From NCBI GenBank assembly GCA_002269645.1, contig NIVC01001051.1, forward strand, positions 309,132 to 373,131: 64,000 nucleotides of DNA, read 5' to 3'. Positions 1-23,728 of this stretch are shown here, in pieces. The position numbers were made by a program, and so were the translations under genes. The notes under the pieces were generated by a model, which ran no database searches, was not told the origin of the DNA, and worked only from the letters and a program-made list of their open reading frames with translations. Positions within the stretch are counted from its first letter, which is position 1. Each line of letters begins with the position of its first letter. This DNA is from Macrostomum lignano. Its lineage: Eukaryota.

Positions 1-229
1 TCTTAAAATTAGTTTAAAATTGGACCTCTTCTAAGTGCAATATTGTAGCATCAAGTCTTGTATTTTTAGGAATATAGCTTATATTCACTTATTGTGTTAC
101 AATTATTAATATTTTACTAAATTTTCAAAGTCACTTCAAATAAGTACTGCAAGGCATTGAAATGTAGCATTAAAAGTTATAGAAGCATAGGCCTAGCCTA
201 TATTCCTTTTTGTCATACAATCATCTAAA

Positions 230-760
230 TAATAAAATTATACATAGGTGATTACAAGATGAAATTAAAAGAGCTTTGTTGGTTTTGAATTAAAAACATA
301 CTAAAAGTAGAGTTTTATTAGAGGGATTATATCACAAAATTGAATAGATTAGTATGGTCCCAAATTTGCAGTTTAATTATGTTCATTCTATGGAAACAGA
401 ATCCTAGTCTATGTCAAACAATATATCTTCATCAACAATCTATAGGGTTGAGAGCAAAATTATTCATTATGATAAGCTTATGCACCCCCTCACTTTTGTC
501 TTACAATCTACTCTTAATATAAAAGATATATCTATTTCACTTGGGGGATCATTAAATGAAAGTGAGGGGGAATAGAAGTAGATGCAATAATTAAAGTAAA
601 TCTCCCTTTCTTGCTTCTGCAGAATGTCTAAAATTTCAAAATAAAATTTTACAATAATCCTTTCAATACAACCTTTACTATTAATATAATTGTAATTTGA
701 AACCAATAAAGCTCTTTTGGTTTTATCTTACAATCACCTACAAATAATTTTACCATTTAA
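230..760. repeat. Decayed ~530-bp palindrome (old foldback/MITE-like element)
   Basis: 241-296 (taggtgattacaagatgaaattaaaaagagctttgttggttttgaatt) matches the reverse complement of ~695-747 at roughly 80% by eye. An inner perfect 12-bp inverted pair, ccccctcacttt and aaagtgaggggg, lies at ~485-571. Confidence 0.45.
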
Positions 761-1196
761 AATAAATATAAAACATTTTTTAATATACTAAAGTGCCTTT
801 TTGAATCTTTTTAATGGGGATTGTAAAATGAAACTTGACTTGCTTAGAGATTGTAAAATGAAAGAATGCCTTTTTGTCTTACTCTTAGCCCATAGTTTAG
901 ATAGTATATTAGTATATACTGGATTTAATGCCAGAAAAATGAGACCTCATTTGCACACTAAAACTACAAAAATGTGTCATTGACACAATGTTTCCACTGT
1001 GTCATGTCTACTAGGATATATGCTAATGTATGCTAAAAAAATAGCAAGTATCCTTGTTGTATGCCAAGAAATCCCAGTATACATGTTGCTATCCAAACTA
1101 TAGCTAATGGCTCTTGGCTTATAATTCAATTCATTTTTTCAACTTTATATCTAGGCCTAGCCAGTGGGATGGGCATAGTACATGCAGTTTAGGCTA

Positions 1197-1724
1197 CTGG
1201 TTTGTATTATTACTAAGGATTCTATTAGTGGAGTTTACTGGTTTGAGATTTTGGTAGTTCGCTGCCACCAGGTTCCTGCTGTTCCCTAATTCTAGCTTTA
1301 GGTTTAAAGAACTGAGTCAGGACACTGATAAAGTTAGTTAACACAAGTTTAATAAGAGAAGAAAATTAATTGTTACAGTACAAAAGTTGGTTTGCTACTA
1401 TATTAACTCCTTATTTTCCCTGTGCTCTGGGCAAGACTCCTAATTAGTTTTAGAGGCAAGATTCCTGTGTGCAAGCCTAAATTATATTCCTTTTTTTACC
1501 TCCCCTTCTTATCACTTCTTTCCGTGAAATTTCTAAGTTAAATTCCAGAGGATAGGAGATGCTTTTCCAAGAGCCCAACTGCTCTGTACTTCTAAAAGAA
1601 CCCCAAAACTAGCAAATTTCCCCCACTCTAATTATTTCCCCTAGCTAAAACTACTGACAGTAGGCAAAAAGCATATTAAACCCACAATAATTCCTGTTCC
1701 TAAAATTATGCCCTACTACACCAG
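1197..1724 (-). mobile_element. Possible LTR-retrotransposon relic (short LTR plus primer-binding site)
   Basis: Minus strand reads TGGTGGCAGCG at 1270-1260, complementary to a tRNA-Leu-type 3' end (CGCUGCCACCA). It is preceded by an ATTAAA/GT-rich U5-like stretch and a TGTAGT start at 1720. Boundaries are ambiguous. Confidence 0.25.
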
Positions 1725-2611
1725 GCTATGCTAGCCTATGATATTTTTTTAATAAAATTTGTGTGGAAAGCATTTTTATATAAAATATTATACCTATGTC
1801 TAACTTTTTCTACAAATTAAAACTATATGCAACTTGGAATTGCTTTGGTCTTGCTTTTTGTTTTCTTATTTATAATGACTAATATTTTTTGTTTTTTTTA
1901 GCAATCAAATAATGGCCTCTATATGTATATAGACCTAAATATATATTTTATGTTATAATTAAATATTTTACTGTCTTTAAATATAATTATTTAAGCAGGT
2001 TATTGCTTTGCTTCTTCTAGACTAAGCTATACTATATCACCTTGTTTTTAGCGTAGCCATGTCAAAAAGTCAAAGACTATCTAAAGTTTTTATGGATTTT
2101 ATGAAAAAAAAGTTATTAAGTAAAATAAAAAGACTTATATAAGTTTAAAATTTAAAGAGAATTTCCATTCCCTTAGCTAAAAACTATATGGAATATATGG
2201 TCATAGTAGATAAATTCAAATTATTGCATTTTAACCTATACCAAGAAAATTAAATTGAGTTTTTTGTCCTATAATTCAAAAGTGCATTTTCAATAAGGCC
2301 AAGTATAACTATGGAACTTGAAGGCTTCATGCTAGAAATAGCAACTAAAATGGCATTTTTTTCAAAACCTACAAAAAAATTTGACTTAAAAATCGAGTTG
2401 AACGTATTGTCTTTAACAATATTTCATATGTTCAAATATATCAATTTCTTAGAATGCATTTTATTGCACAAGTAATCTACTTATAATCAAGACAAGATCT
2501 AAAGTGCACAGGTACCCAATAAACAGCCTTGGCAATAGCTGTTATAAAAATCTCTATTTTTAAGTTAACTTTATAAAGGCTTTAATAAAACTTGTACAAT
2601 TTTTTTTTCTA

Positions 2612-3730
2612 TTGGTAAATCCCCAGTGTTCATATCTTAATGCCTTTTTTTCTGGCTTGATTTTTTCAAGCCAAATTTCTATGGCCAGAAACCAGAGGAA
2701 AAAACTCTATCATCGGGTCTCCCAGTCTCAGAGTGGCTTTAATGCTTGCAAAGTTCGAACCAACTTGGAAAACTATTGCACAAATAACTGGAACATATTG
2801 AAAATGTGCTCAACAATGGGCAAAATTGGTAGCTAGTGAGTCTTCACCGATTGCAAAAAGATGAGCTTCTTTATATTCTGTACACTTCTTGCACAATAGT
2901 CTCAACTGCGACACCAAGCTTCAAGGCAGCGCGAATGTTATAAGCCCAATTGTGCATGTGGTGCAGAGAGCATCTGCCAAAATCAACAAGGTTAGTAGGC
3001 TAGTGAATCCATGATTCTTCAGACACACAGCAACTCTACTCTTTGCACCACGCATCACAAGTTGTATTTTTCTCTCATGACAGCCAGGTAGTTAACCTTT
3101 GAAACTGCTTCAGCCAGGTGTTTGGCCATAGCAGAAGTTATATTTGGCAAAGCAATGTATGGATTGTGTATGTTAAACGAATCCCCTGGTAGATAGTGCA
3201 CAACATTGCCAAGGTATTTCACTCCATTGTTTGTCTCATCCAGATGCAGTTGTGTATCACTCTGTCTCTTACTTTGGCAAAAGCTTCCATTAGCAGATAT
3301 GCTTTGCTTTGTTCACAGCGTATCCAACTTATACAGATATGAGGAAGAGATGAAGGATTAGCATACTCGTAGTGCAGCAAAGTGCCAAAGTGTTTTTAGA
3401 TCGCGCAGTTTGCTAGCTTGACTGCTGCTAATTTGTTGAATTGGTTCCATAATTCTCTATTATCTCGCCGTGGTATTTCGGTTCATCCCATTTGCATCCC
3501 TAAGCTACAGTTAATCCCTAGCTACTCTCTATGCCTCTTGGGGCATTCTGAATATTGTATGGCGCTGAGGGCTCTTACAATATACTCGGCTATTTTAACT
3601 GGATTATCAGAGCTGCCAGGGTTTGTACTTTCGAATACTACATCCGCATCAACCCTTCCCAGGGCCCTTCCAGACCCTTGGAGTGTCTCCGCATTTTCAA
3701 TGGTTTTATCATCAACTGGCTTTGTTTTTT
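2612..3730 (-). pseudogene. Degenerate hAT-family DNA transposase remnant
   Basis: Manual minus-strand translation across stops and frameshifts gives LHLDETNNGVKYLGNVVHY (first catalytic DE region), MRGAKSRVAVCLK and LVDFGRCSLHHMHN (hAT CxxH motif), followed by VETIVQEVY. Confidence 0.55.
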
Positions 3731-5070
3731 AATATGATGTAACCGCCCTTGTCGCCTGTCCGCTCCGTTGAGAGACGAACGCATGACTAGAGGGGGCAAT
3801 GACCGTAGGCTGCCTATGACCGGGCAATGGCCTGACGGACCTCCAGCACCAGACTGTCCCGCCCACATGATTGATAGCTTTGGTAGCGCCTTGTGACCAG
3901 AGGGCCAAGGACCCACATGGACCCCACCTGTAGCTAAGGTGCAATAGTTGGTCACTCGGTCATCGTATGACCGAGTGGCTGCCACCACTCTATGTGACCT
4001 GGCGCACCTGGATCTTTCTACCAGACCTCTCGAGGCTAGAGCCCCGCCTGGGATGGTTACCAGGAGATTTAGGCTAACAGGGGAGACACATGCAGCCGAG
4101 TACAGGGACTCTGCTTGGGGCATGATCGGGAACTCTGGGCTCAATCTGGAGGATTTCTCAGCAGGGGATCCTTTGTTGCTGTGATCGAGGCTAACTTGCG
4201 ACTTTGATTACTAAGAGTAGTGTGAGGCGAACATGTACTGTCTATAGTTTAGATTGCTCAGGGCGAAGGGACGCGTCAGCATGGTGTTGCAACCTTCCTA
4301 CTGCCATTCTGTGCCAAGACTCGCTAATCCCTCTACTGCACGCACACGCGGCCCCGCAGCACGCACTCACAGGCGGGCTTTGCACGGGGAGAGGCCATTA
4401 GCTTACCCAAACTTCCTTATGCTTTGCCACCCCGGGAGAAAGGCTTAGCAAGCCATGAGTGAAATGATGGTGAAAGACTGAATAATGATGGGGTTAGTTA
4501 ATAGTTAATAATTAGGCCCTTAGGCGAATAATCAGGCAATTAGGCGGCTTCACTGTTGAGTAAAATACAGCAATAAGTTACGGTATCACAATTGGCTCAG
4601 CTCTCTAATCAGACAATGGAAAATAGGCAAACCCCGGATAAGCAAAGGCAATTAGAGCACAAATTAGTAACAGGAACTTACCGGCAGCTGCACAGAGAGA
4701 GAGAGAGAGGCGGAGTGACCAAGGGCGGCTGTAGGCTGCAGTCAAGCAGACGATGAAGCGGCGATGCGCTGAAGCGACGAGGCACTGATGTAGATCAGGC
4801 GATGCTGATGATGCTGGGCGGTTTCAGACCGCTGGCCGATAGGCGAGCTCACTTGGAGAGCTGAAGATAACTTGGCGGTAACAGACCGCGGACCGGCAGG
4901 GATTCGTCTTATAGACGAATGGGTCAGAACTCAGTCTGACCGCAAGTCCAAAGAAGGACGAGGAGCCGAACAAGATCAAAAAGATTTGAGGATTCTCATG
5001 CCGAAATCGCTTCCTTTTTTAGACCTCACAGCCGCCTCCTCAAGGTCGTTACCATGGCTCCCTCTCTCTG

Positions 5071-5563
5071 ATTGGCTGCCGGCAGAATGACGTCAGAATG
5101 AGTCATGATCATGAGCATGAGACCGGCATAGCAACATGAGAAATCGGGAAATTGCGCAATCCGGAGGTGGGGTGGGGGGATAATTGGCGCAGCGGGTGGT
5201 CGCGAAAGTGTTGCGCAAGCAAACATTGAGAACAATAGGGCTGGGGTCGAGAACAAAGGAATTGGAAATCGGGGATAATTGGGGAGAACTGAGAACAATG
5301 GAAAAGTAAACATTGGGGAAAAGGTGATAATTAGGTGCGAAAACGAGAACAAAAGAAAGAGAAAATCGGAGAAAATGTGATAATTGGTGGGGGTCGAGAG
5401 AACAAAAGAATCAAAAACGAGAACAATAGAAGCGGAGGTGGGGTGGGTGTCACATGAGAAATTTGGGAAGGATAACAATGGCGTGAGAAAAGGTTGCGCA
5501 AGAGAGGGGGATGAGTCATCGATGAGTCACCGAGGGGGGGAAGGGGTCACACGACTTGCGTCA
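5071..5563. promoter_or_regulatory. Cluster of bZIP motifs (CRE, AP-1, C/EBP)
   Basis: TGACGTCA 5088-5095; TGAGTCA 5099-5105, 5512-5518 and 5523-5529; TTGCGCAA 5152-5159, 5211-5218 and 5494-5501; TTGCGTCA 5556-5563; ATTGG 5071-5075. Confidence 0.5.
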
Positions 5564-5684
5564 CCGTTTGGGAGTTTGAGAGGGGATAGGGAGACGGTGA
5601 GCACACAAAATACTGTAAGTAGACACAGGGAAAGAGGGGACAGCGCAGGAAAAGAGTGCAGAGGGAGACAAAGGAGAGGGAGCT

Positions 5685-5824
5685 GGCACCCACCTGGGTG
5701 AATTGAAGCAATTCAGAGTTGAGTGTCTTGCTCAAGGACACAAATTGTTCCGAGTAGATCGAGAATCGAACCCCCGGCCTTTCAGTCGTGAGTCCGACGC
5801 TCTAACCACTAGGCTACAACCCCC
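5685..5824 (-). mobile_element. tRNA-derived SINE fragment with V/CORE-like central domain
   Basis: Minus strand: A box TAGCCTAGTGG (5816-5806) and B box GGTTCGATTCT (5773-5763), then TGTGTCCTTGAGCAAGACACTCAAC, resembling the conserved central domain of V-SINE-like families. Confidence 0.75.
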
Positions 5825-5934
5825 TAGATATCAACCCTCTATGGTGCACATTAAAGCACGAACACTATCCGTAACATTTGAGGTAACGGGCTACGGGCAA
5901 CTCGCCTACACATTGCTGCCACTGCCAGCAAAGC

Positions 5935-8743
5935 ATGGAAGGAGCCGGCCGTAAAAACCTAATGAATTTGACAATCCCAACATCAAGCGCAGGTGGTGGA
6001 AGCGGTGGCGGCGGCGGCAGCGGCAGTGACTCCGAGCAGAAAAGCGCCACAGGCGTAGTCGATGTGCAACGAGTGATGAAGAAGATGGACGAGCAGGGCG
6101 AAGAGCTGGACGAGAGCCAGCGGCAGAAGCTTGTGGAGTTTGTGCGCCGCAAGCACACTATTGGCGAACTGAAGAATGACGACTTTGCCGATATTGTTGA
6201 GCTGGGCTGCGGCTCTTCCGGTGTTGTACAGCGAGTGTTGCACAAGCCGACTAAACAGGTGATGGCTAGGAAGCTGATCCACCTGGAGATTAAGCCGTCT
6301 GTGCGCACTCAGATTATTCGCGAGTTGGAGGTTAGTTCTGGCTGATCAATATTTCATCTCCCTTCATAGTCGTATTGAGACATTTATTATGTTGAAGTCT
6401 ATTAAAAATGTTTTATGATTTGTTTGGAATCACCCTGAACTCCCTCAGAATCACTCTGAACTCCCTCGGAATCACCCTGAACTACCTCAGAAGAACCACC
6501 CTGAACTCCCTCAGAATCACCTTGAACACACTGAGAATCACCCTGAACCCCCTAAGATGCACCCTGAACTCCCTCAGCATCACCCTGAACTCACTCAGAA
6601 TCACCCTGAACTCCCTCTGAATCACCCTGAACTCCCTCAGAATCAACCTGAGCTCTTTCAGAATCACCCTGAACTCCCTCAGAAGCACCCTGAACCCCCT
6701 CAGATGCACCCTGAACTCATTCAGAATCATACTGAACTACTTCAGAATCACCCTGAACTCCCTCAGAATCATCCCGAACTTCCCTCAGAGTTGCCTTAAA
6801 CTCGAACTCAACAATCCTCATGCACTCTCAGCTAATATAATAATTGAACCGCCTGTCAGGTGCTGCACTCGTGCAACAGCCCGTATATTGTGGGCTATTT
6901 CGGCGCATTCTTTGTCGACTCCTCGGCCACAATCAGCATCTGCATGGAGTACATGAACGCTGGCTCGCTCGACTTGGTGTTGAAGCAAGCCGGCCGGCTG
7001 CCCGAGCCTATCGTGTCTAAGATCACCTTCTCTGTGCTTCGGGGCCTCATCTACCTTCGGCAGAATATCAACTGCCTGCATCGGTGAGTTTCGGAGTTTT
7101 GTCATCCTGACCCACGTTCTGACCCACTGGGTCAACATGAACTCTAATCCCGACCCACGTGCTGACCCGTTGGGTCAATAAGGATTCCGCCTACTGACCC
7201 GCAACCATGACCCACTGGGTCAGCAGGGATTCCGCATACTGACCCGCAACCATGACCCACTGGGTCAGCAGGGATTCCGCATACTGACCCGCAACCCTGA
7301 CCCACTGGGTCAGCAGGGATTCCGCATACTGACCCGCAACCATGACCCACTGGGTCAGCAGGGATTCCGCATACTGACCCGCAACCCTGACCCACTGGGT
7401 CAGCAGGGATTCCGCATACTGACCCGCAAGTCTCTCCCTCAACCCGCAGCGACGTGAAGCCGTCGAACATTCTGGTCAACCTGGAGGGCGAGTGCAAACT
7501 GTGCGACTTCGGCGTCTCCGGCCAGCTGATTGACAGCATGGCCAACAGCTTCGTGGGCACCCGGTCCTACATGGCCCCCGAGAGGCTCAATGGCGAAGAG
7601 TACTCAATCCTGTCCGACATCTGGTCGATGGGACTCAGCCTGATCGAGCTGGCCACGGGCCGGTACCCGATCCCGCAGCCGGACAGCCGGGATTACACCA
7701 ACATATTCAGCAGCGACAGGCAGCAGAACCTGCGCGAGCACATGGAAGCGGCCAAGACTGGCAAACGGCTGAGATGTGAGCTCACGATGAGGCTGTGTAG
7801 AAGATTATACAATATTGAGTTTTATAGATTTTAGAAAATCTGTAAACTGTAATGTTTGTAATTTATGTAAACTATTATCAAATATCCAATGCTCAAAATC
7901 TTAGAACTAAATTTATGATCTGTTTGGAATCGCCCTGATCTCCCTCAGAATCGCCCTGAACTCCCTCAGAATCGCCATGAACTCCGTCAGTATCGCCCTG
8001 AACTCCATCAGAATCGCCATGAACTCCCTCGGAATCACCCCTGAAATGCCTTAGTATCGCCCTGAACTCCCTCAGAATCGCCATGAACTCCGCCAGAATC
8101 GCCCTGAACTCTCTCAGAATCGCCCTAAACTCTCTCAGAATCACCCCTGAAATGCCTTAGTATCGCCCTGAACTCCCTCAGAATCGCCATGAACTCCGTC
8201 AGAATCGCCCTGAACCCTCAGAATCGCCATGAACTCCGTCAGAATCGCCCTGAACTCCCTCAGGATCGCCCTGAACTCCCTCAGAATCGCCCTGAACTCC
8301 CTCAGAATCGCCTTAAACTCCCTCATAATGACCCTGAACTTTGTAAACTGTCTTTTCACCTTATAACTATAGCTGTTACTAAAAGTAGGCTGAAGCGAAC
8401 ATCAACCCAATTCCTATAAATGTCCGCAGGCATGGAGGCTCCGCAGAACGGGCCGAAGCAGATGGCCATATTCGAGCTGCTATCCTATATTGTCTACCAG
8501 CAGCCGCCCAAGCTGCCCAGCTTTGCCTTCAGCGAAGAATTCTGCGACTTTGTCGACTGCTGCCTGCGCAAGAATCCCAAAGAACGCGTCGGCTTAGAGA
8601 GCCTGATGCGTCACGATTTCCCTAAAAAGTACGAAGAGGAACCGGAAGTCAGTCTGGGCAAATACCTGGGCGCTATATTAGACCACGGGCATCCGGTGCT
8701 GGGCGCCTCGTCTAGCAGCTCCTCTTTGGCTAATCCGCAGTGA
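5935..8743 (+). CDS. MAP2K1: Dual-specificity MAP kinase kinase MEK1/2 orthologue, 4 exons, 419 aa
   Basis: Exons 5935-6330, 6860-7083, 7450-7775 and 8430-8743 (GT-AG, phases 0/2/1, total 1260 nt). Motifs: N-terminal D-site RKNLMNL, GCGSSG P-loop, [47 protein letters not shown] and MAIFELL. Confidence 0.95.
6427..6790. repeat. 21-bp minisatellite in MEK intron 1 (GAATCACCCTGAACTCCCTCA)
   Basis: About 17 degenerate copies visible. Confidence 0.9.
7150..7430. repeat. 45-bp minisatellite in MEK intron 2
   Basis: About 5-6 copies; each contains the hairpin TGACCC-ACT-GGGTCA. Confidence 0.9.
7926..8340. repeat. 21-bp minisatellite in MEK intron 3 (GAATCGCCCTGAACTCCCTCA)
   Basis: Same family as in intron 1, with ATCGCC instead of ATCACC. 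Confidence 0.9.
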
Positions 8744-8967
8744 GGATATTGGCACTGAAATTACCCAATTGGCAGGTACTAATTTGTGTCCTCATCAGCT
8801 CTAATGCCTCATTAGCCGCTTTGCAACATCCGTCCTCTGTCTCGTCCCGGGATTTCGCTATATTGGCTGATTGCACTCTAGCATATATAAATAAGGTTGT
8901 GAAGTCTTATCTTAAAATTTAAACGGATTAGTTAAACTAATTAGCATGCTTTTATTATACTTGACTA

Positions 8968-10843
8968 GCCCAGACCAAGCTCTTTAGCCCCCGCTGTGCA
9001 GTCTCCCCAGACCAACCCCCAGCCCCCGCCGTGCAGTCACCCCAGACCAAGCTCTAGCCCCCGCCGTGCAGTCACCCCAGACCAAGCTCTAGCCCCCGCT
9101 GTGCAGTCACCCCAGACCAATCACCAACCCCCAGCCCCCGCTGTGCAGTCACCCCAGACCAATCACCAACCCCCAGCCCCCGCTGTGCAGTCACCCCAGA
9201 CCAAGCTCTAGCCCCCGCTGTGCAGTCACCCCAGACCAATCACCAACCCCACGCTGTGCAGTCACCCCAGACCAATCACCAACCCCCCGCTGTGCAGTCA
9301 CCCCAGACCAACCCCCAGCCCCCCGCTGTGCAGTCACCCCAGACCAATCACCAACCCCCCGCTGTGCAGTCACCCCAGACCAATCACCAACCCCCCGCTG
9401 TGCAGTCACCCCAGACCAACCCCCAGCCCCCCGCTGTGCAGTCACCCCAGACCAATCACCAACCCTCCGGTGTGCAGTCACCCCAGACCAATCACCAACC
9501 CCCAGCCCCCGCTGTGCAGTCACCCCAGACCAACCCCAGCCCCCGCTGTGCAGTCACCCCAGACCAACCCCCAGCCCCCGCTGTGCAGTCACCCCAGACC
9601 AATCACCAACCCCCGCTGTGCAGTCACCCCAGACCAACCCCCAGCCCCCGCTGTGCAGTCACCCCAGACCAATCACCAACCCCCCGGTGTGCAGTCACCC
9701 CAGACCAATCACCAACCCCCAGCCCCCGCTGTGCAGTCACCCAGACCAACCCCCAGCCCCCGCTGTGCAGTCACCCCAGACCAATCACCAACCCCCAACC
9801 CCCCGCTGTGCAGTCACCCCAGACCAATCACCAACCCCCAGCCCCCCGCTGTGCAGTCACCCCAGACCAACCCCCAGCCCCCGCTGTGCAGTCACCCCAG
9901 ACCAATCACCAACCCCCAGCCCCCCGCTGTGCAGTCACCCCAGACCAACCCCCAGCCCCCGCTGTGCAGTCACCCCAGACCAATCACCAACCCCCCGCTG
10001 TGCAGTCACCCCAGACCAATCACCAAGCCCCAGCCCCCCGGTGTGCAGTCACCCCAGACCAATCACCAACCCCCAGCCCCCGCTGTGCAGTCACCCCAGA
10101 CCAATCACCAGCCCCCGCTGTGCAGTCACCCCAGACCAATCACCAACCCCCCGCTGTGCAGTCACCCCAGACCAATCACCAACCCCCCGGTGTGCAGTCA
10201 CCCCAGACCAATCACCAACCCCCGCTGTGCAGTCACCCCAGACCAACCCCAGCCCCCCGCTGTGCAGTCACCCCAGACCAATCACCAACCCCCCGGTGTG
10301 CAGTCACCCCAGACCAATCACCAACCCCCCGGTGTGCAGTCACCCCAGACCAATCACCAACCCCCCGGTGTGCAGTCACCCCAGACCAATCACCAACCCC
10401 CCGCTGTGCAGTCACCCCAGACCAACCCCCAGCCCCCCCGCTGTGCAGTCACCCCAGACCAATCACCAGCCCCCGCTGTGCAGTCACCCCAGACCAATCA
10501 CCAACCCCCCGGTGTGCAGTCACCCCAGACCAATCACCAACCCCCCGGTGTGCAGTCACCCCAGACCAATCACCAAGCCCCAGCCCCCCGCTGTGCAGTC
10601 ACCCCAGACCAATCACCAACCCCCGCTGTGCAGTCACCCCAGACCAATCACCAACCCCCGGTGTGCAGTCACCCCAGACCAATCACCAACCCCCCGGTGT
10701 GCAGTCACCCCAGACCAACCCCAGCCCCCGCTGTGCAGTCACCCCAGACCAACCCCAGCCCCCGCTGTGCAGTCACCCCAGACCAACCCCAGCCCCCGCT
10801 GTGCAGTCACCCAGACCAACCCCAGCCCCCGCTGTGCAGTCAC
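8968..10843. repeat. 1.9-kb C-rich variant minisatellite between MEK and KCNQ1
   Basis: Invariant core TGTGCAGTCACCC(C)AGACCAA with variable TCACCAA/CCCCCAG spacers; unit about 27-40 bp. Confidence 0.95.
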
Positions 10844-11417
10844 AAAGCGAATGACAAACCGGAGCAATTTACTTCTAGAATAGTTTTTTACCACTTAAGC
10901 TCGTCAATCATACTATTAAAGCCGGTGGCTCTGAAACAAGCAAAATTAATACGCTAGTATTTTTCATTGTTCGCCTATTTTAACAGCTTACAATAATATA
11001 TAAAGTTTAACTCGTCTAATGATGTTTGGTACAATCGCTTAAGTGAAGTTAGCTTTTAAACTTGAAACCACCATCTAGTCTAGTCGCACTGTCGTTGTTT
11101 CTCTTCGTGAATATATAATTATGCTTTGGTGATTTGATTCACGCTGAATCTGTCTGCTTATTAATTGACTGTCAGTTATTCCTCGTTATATGGATGGCAA
11201 TTGCGTGTGATATCTGGCAATTCAGCATTGCCTCTACACTGTTTTCTGGCTTTTCCTCTAATATCTGTGTTGATAGTTTTAGATGGCACCGTTGTTGCTA
11301 CTTCAAGTAGCGTACTTGCTTCTTTTGCACTGCTGTTTTACGTTAAGAATTTGATAGATTATATTTCGCAACTTTTAAATGTTGTTGATTGTTATAAACA
11401 ATGCTGCACAATGTACA

Positions 11418-11680
11418 CTCTTATCAGATCAGCAACCCCTGCCGCCCACAATGTACTCACCCTTATCAGATCAGCAACCCCTGCCGCCCACAATGTACTC
11501 ACCCTTATCAGATCAGCAACCCCTGCCGCCCACAATGTACTCACCCTTATCAGATCAGCAACCCCTGCCGCCCACAATGTACTCACCCTTATCAGATCAG
11601 CAACCCCTGCCGCCCACAATGTACTCACCCTTATCAGATCAGCAACCCCTGCCGCCCACAATGTACTCACCCTTATCAGA
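11418..11680. repeat. 42-bp tandem repeat, ~6 perfect copies
   Basis: Unit CTTATCAGATCAGCAACCCCTGCCGCCCACAATGTACTCACC. Confidence 0.95.
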
Positions 11681-12380
11681 TCTATGGCACAGCCATAGAC
11701 TAATCCATAGGGTTTAGACCATAGAATACTATATATACTCTGGCACAGCCATAGACTAATCCACAGGGTTTAGACCTATGTCTATTAGCTCTATGTTTCC
11801 TATGTAAAGTCAATTGATAAATTCTCCTGGTATGAAACTATGGCCAAACTATTTACAAGTCAAATTAAGTGATAATCATTAATATGCATGGGGGACAGGC
11901 CATATCAATGCTTTGCAAACCCCAGCTACCATTTATCCTGTTTGCTGAAATAATCAACGAAAATGTTCTGTTAGTAACAAATCAAACGAACTTTACTTTT
12001 AACTGAAAAAGTCAAAACAAAACATTTGATTTTTGGAAGTCCATCCGCTCGTAAGGTTGTTAATAATCTTAGTAGTGTTTAATACTCGTATCGTGTGAAC
12101 TTCCTGTCTCACAACGAAAGCCGATCTCTAGCGAATTTATACGGAGCTAGCGTCCTACCTTCATTATTTATGATGCATTTAGCAACGTCACAGACTGCAA
12201 GTCAGCCATGCAGCCAATGGGGACAATTCATCCCGACCTGCTCAATCCCCACGCTAATAGCTCCCAGACCATCTGAGCTTTGAGTACAAGTACACAAGCT
12301 GCATATTCGCTTGTTAGGGCACGTATTTTTAGACAGGCATTGTTCAGCCGGGTTTTCATCGACTCTTTCAATACACAGCA

Positions 12381-23728
<11,348 letters not shown>

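Larger units (their letters stand above)
3738..5876 (-). mobile_element. Candidate solo LTR abutting the MEK start
   Basis: GC-richer block starting TGTAACCG (3738) and ending CCGTAACA (5876), flanked by TATGA / TTTGA (5-bp TSD with 1 mismatch). It truncates the hAT remnant. Minus-strand order is bZIP sites, CCAAT, TATAA, then a GTAAGT donor. Confidence 0.35.

Noticed and set aside
5763-5824. Functional tRNA gene on the minus strand
   Set aside because: A and B boxes are present, but no acceptor-stem closure is apparent and the sequence continues into a SINE central domain.
8441-8446. Alternative MEK acceptor CCGCAG|AACG
   Set aside because: Would create TAA with the phase-1 T from exon 3; the 8429 acceptor keeps the frame.
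9220-10957. 400-540-aa Pro/Gln/Thr-rich ORFs
   Set aside because: Open in several frames only because the C-rich minisatellite lacks stops; no splice or homology support.
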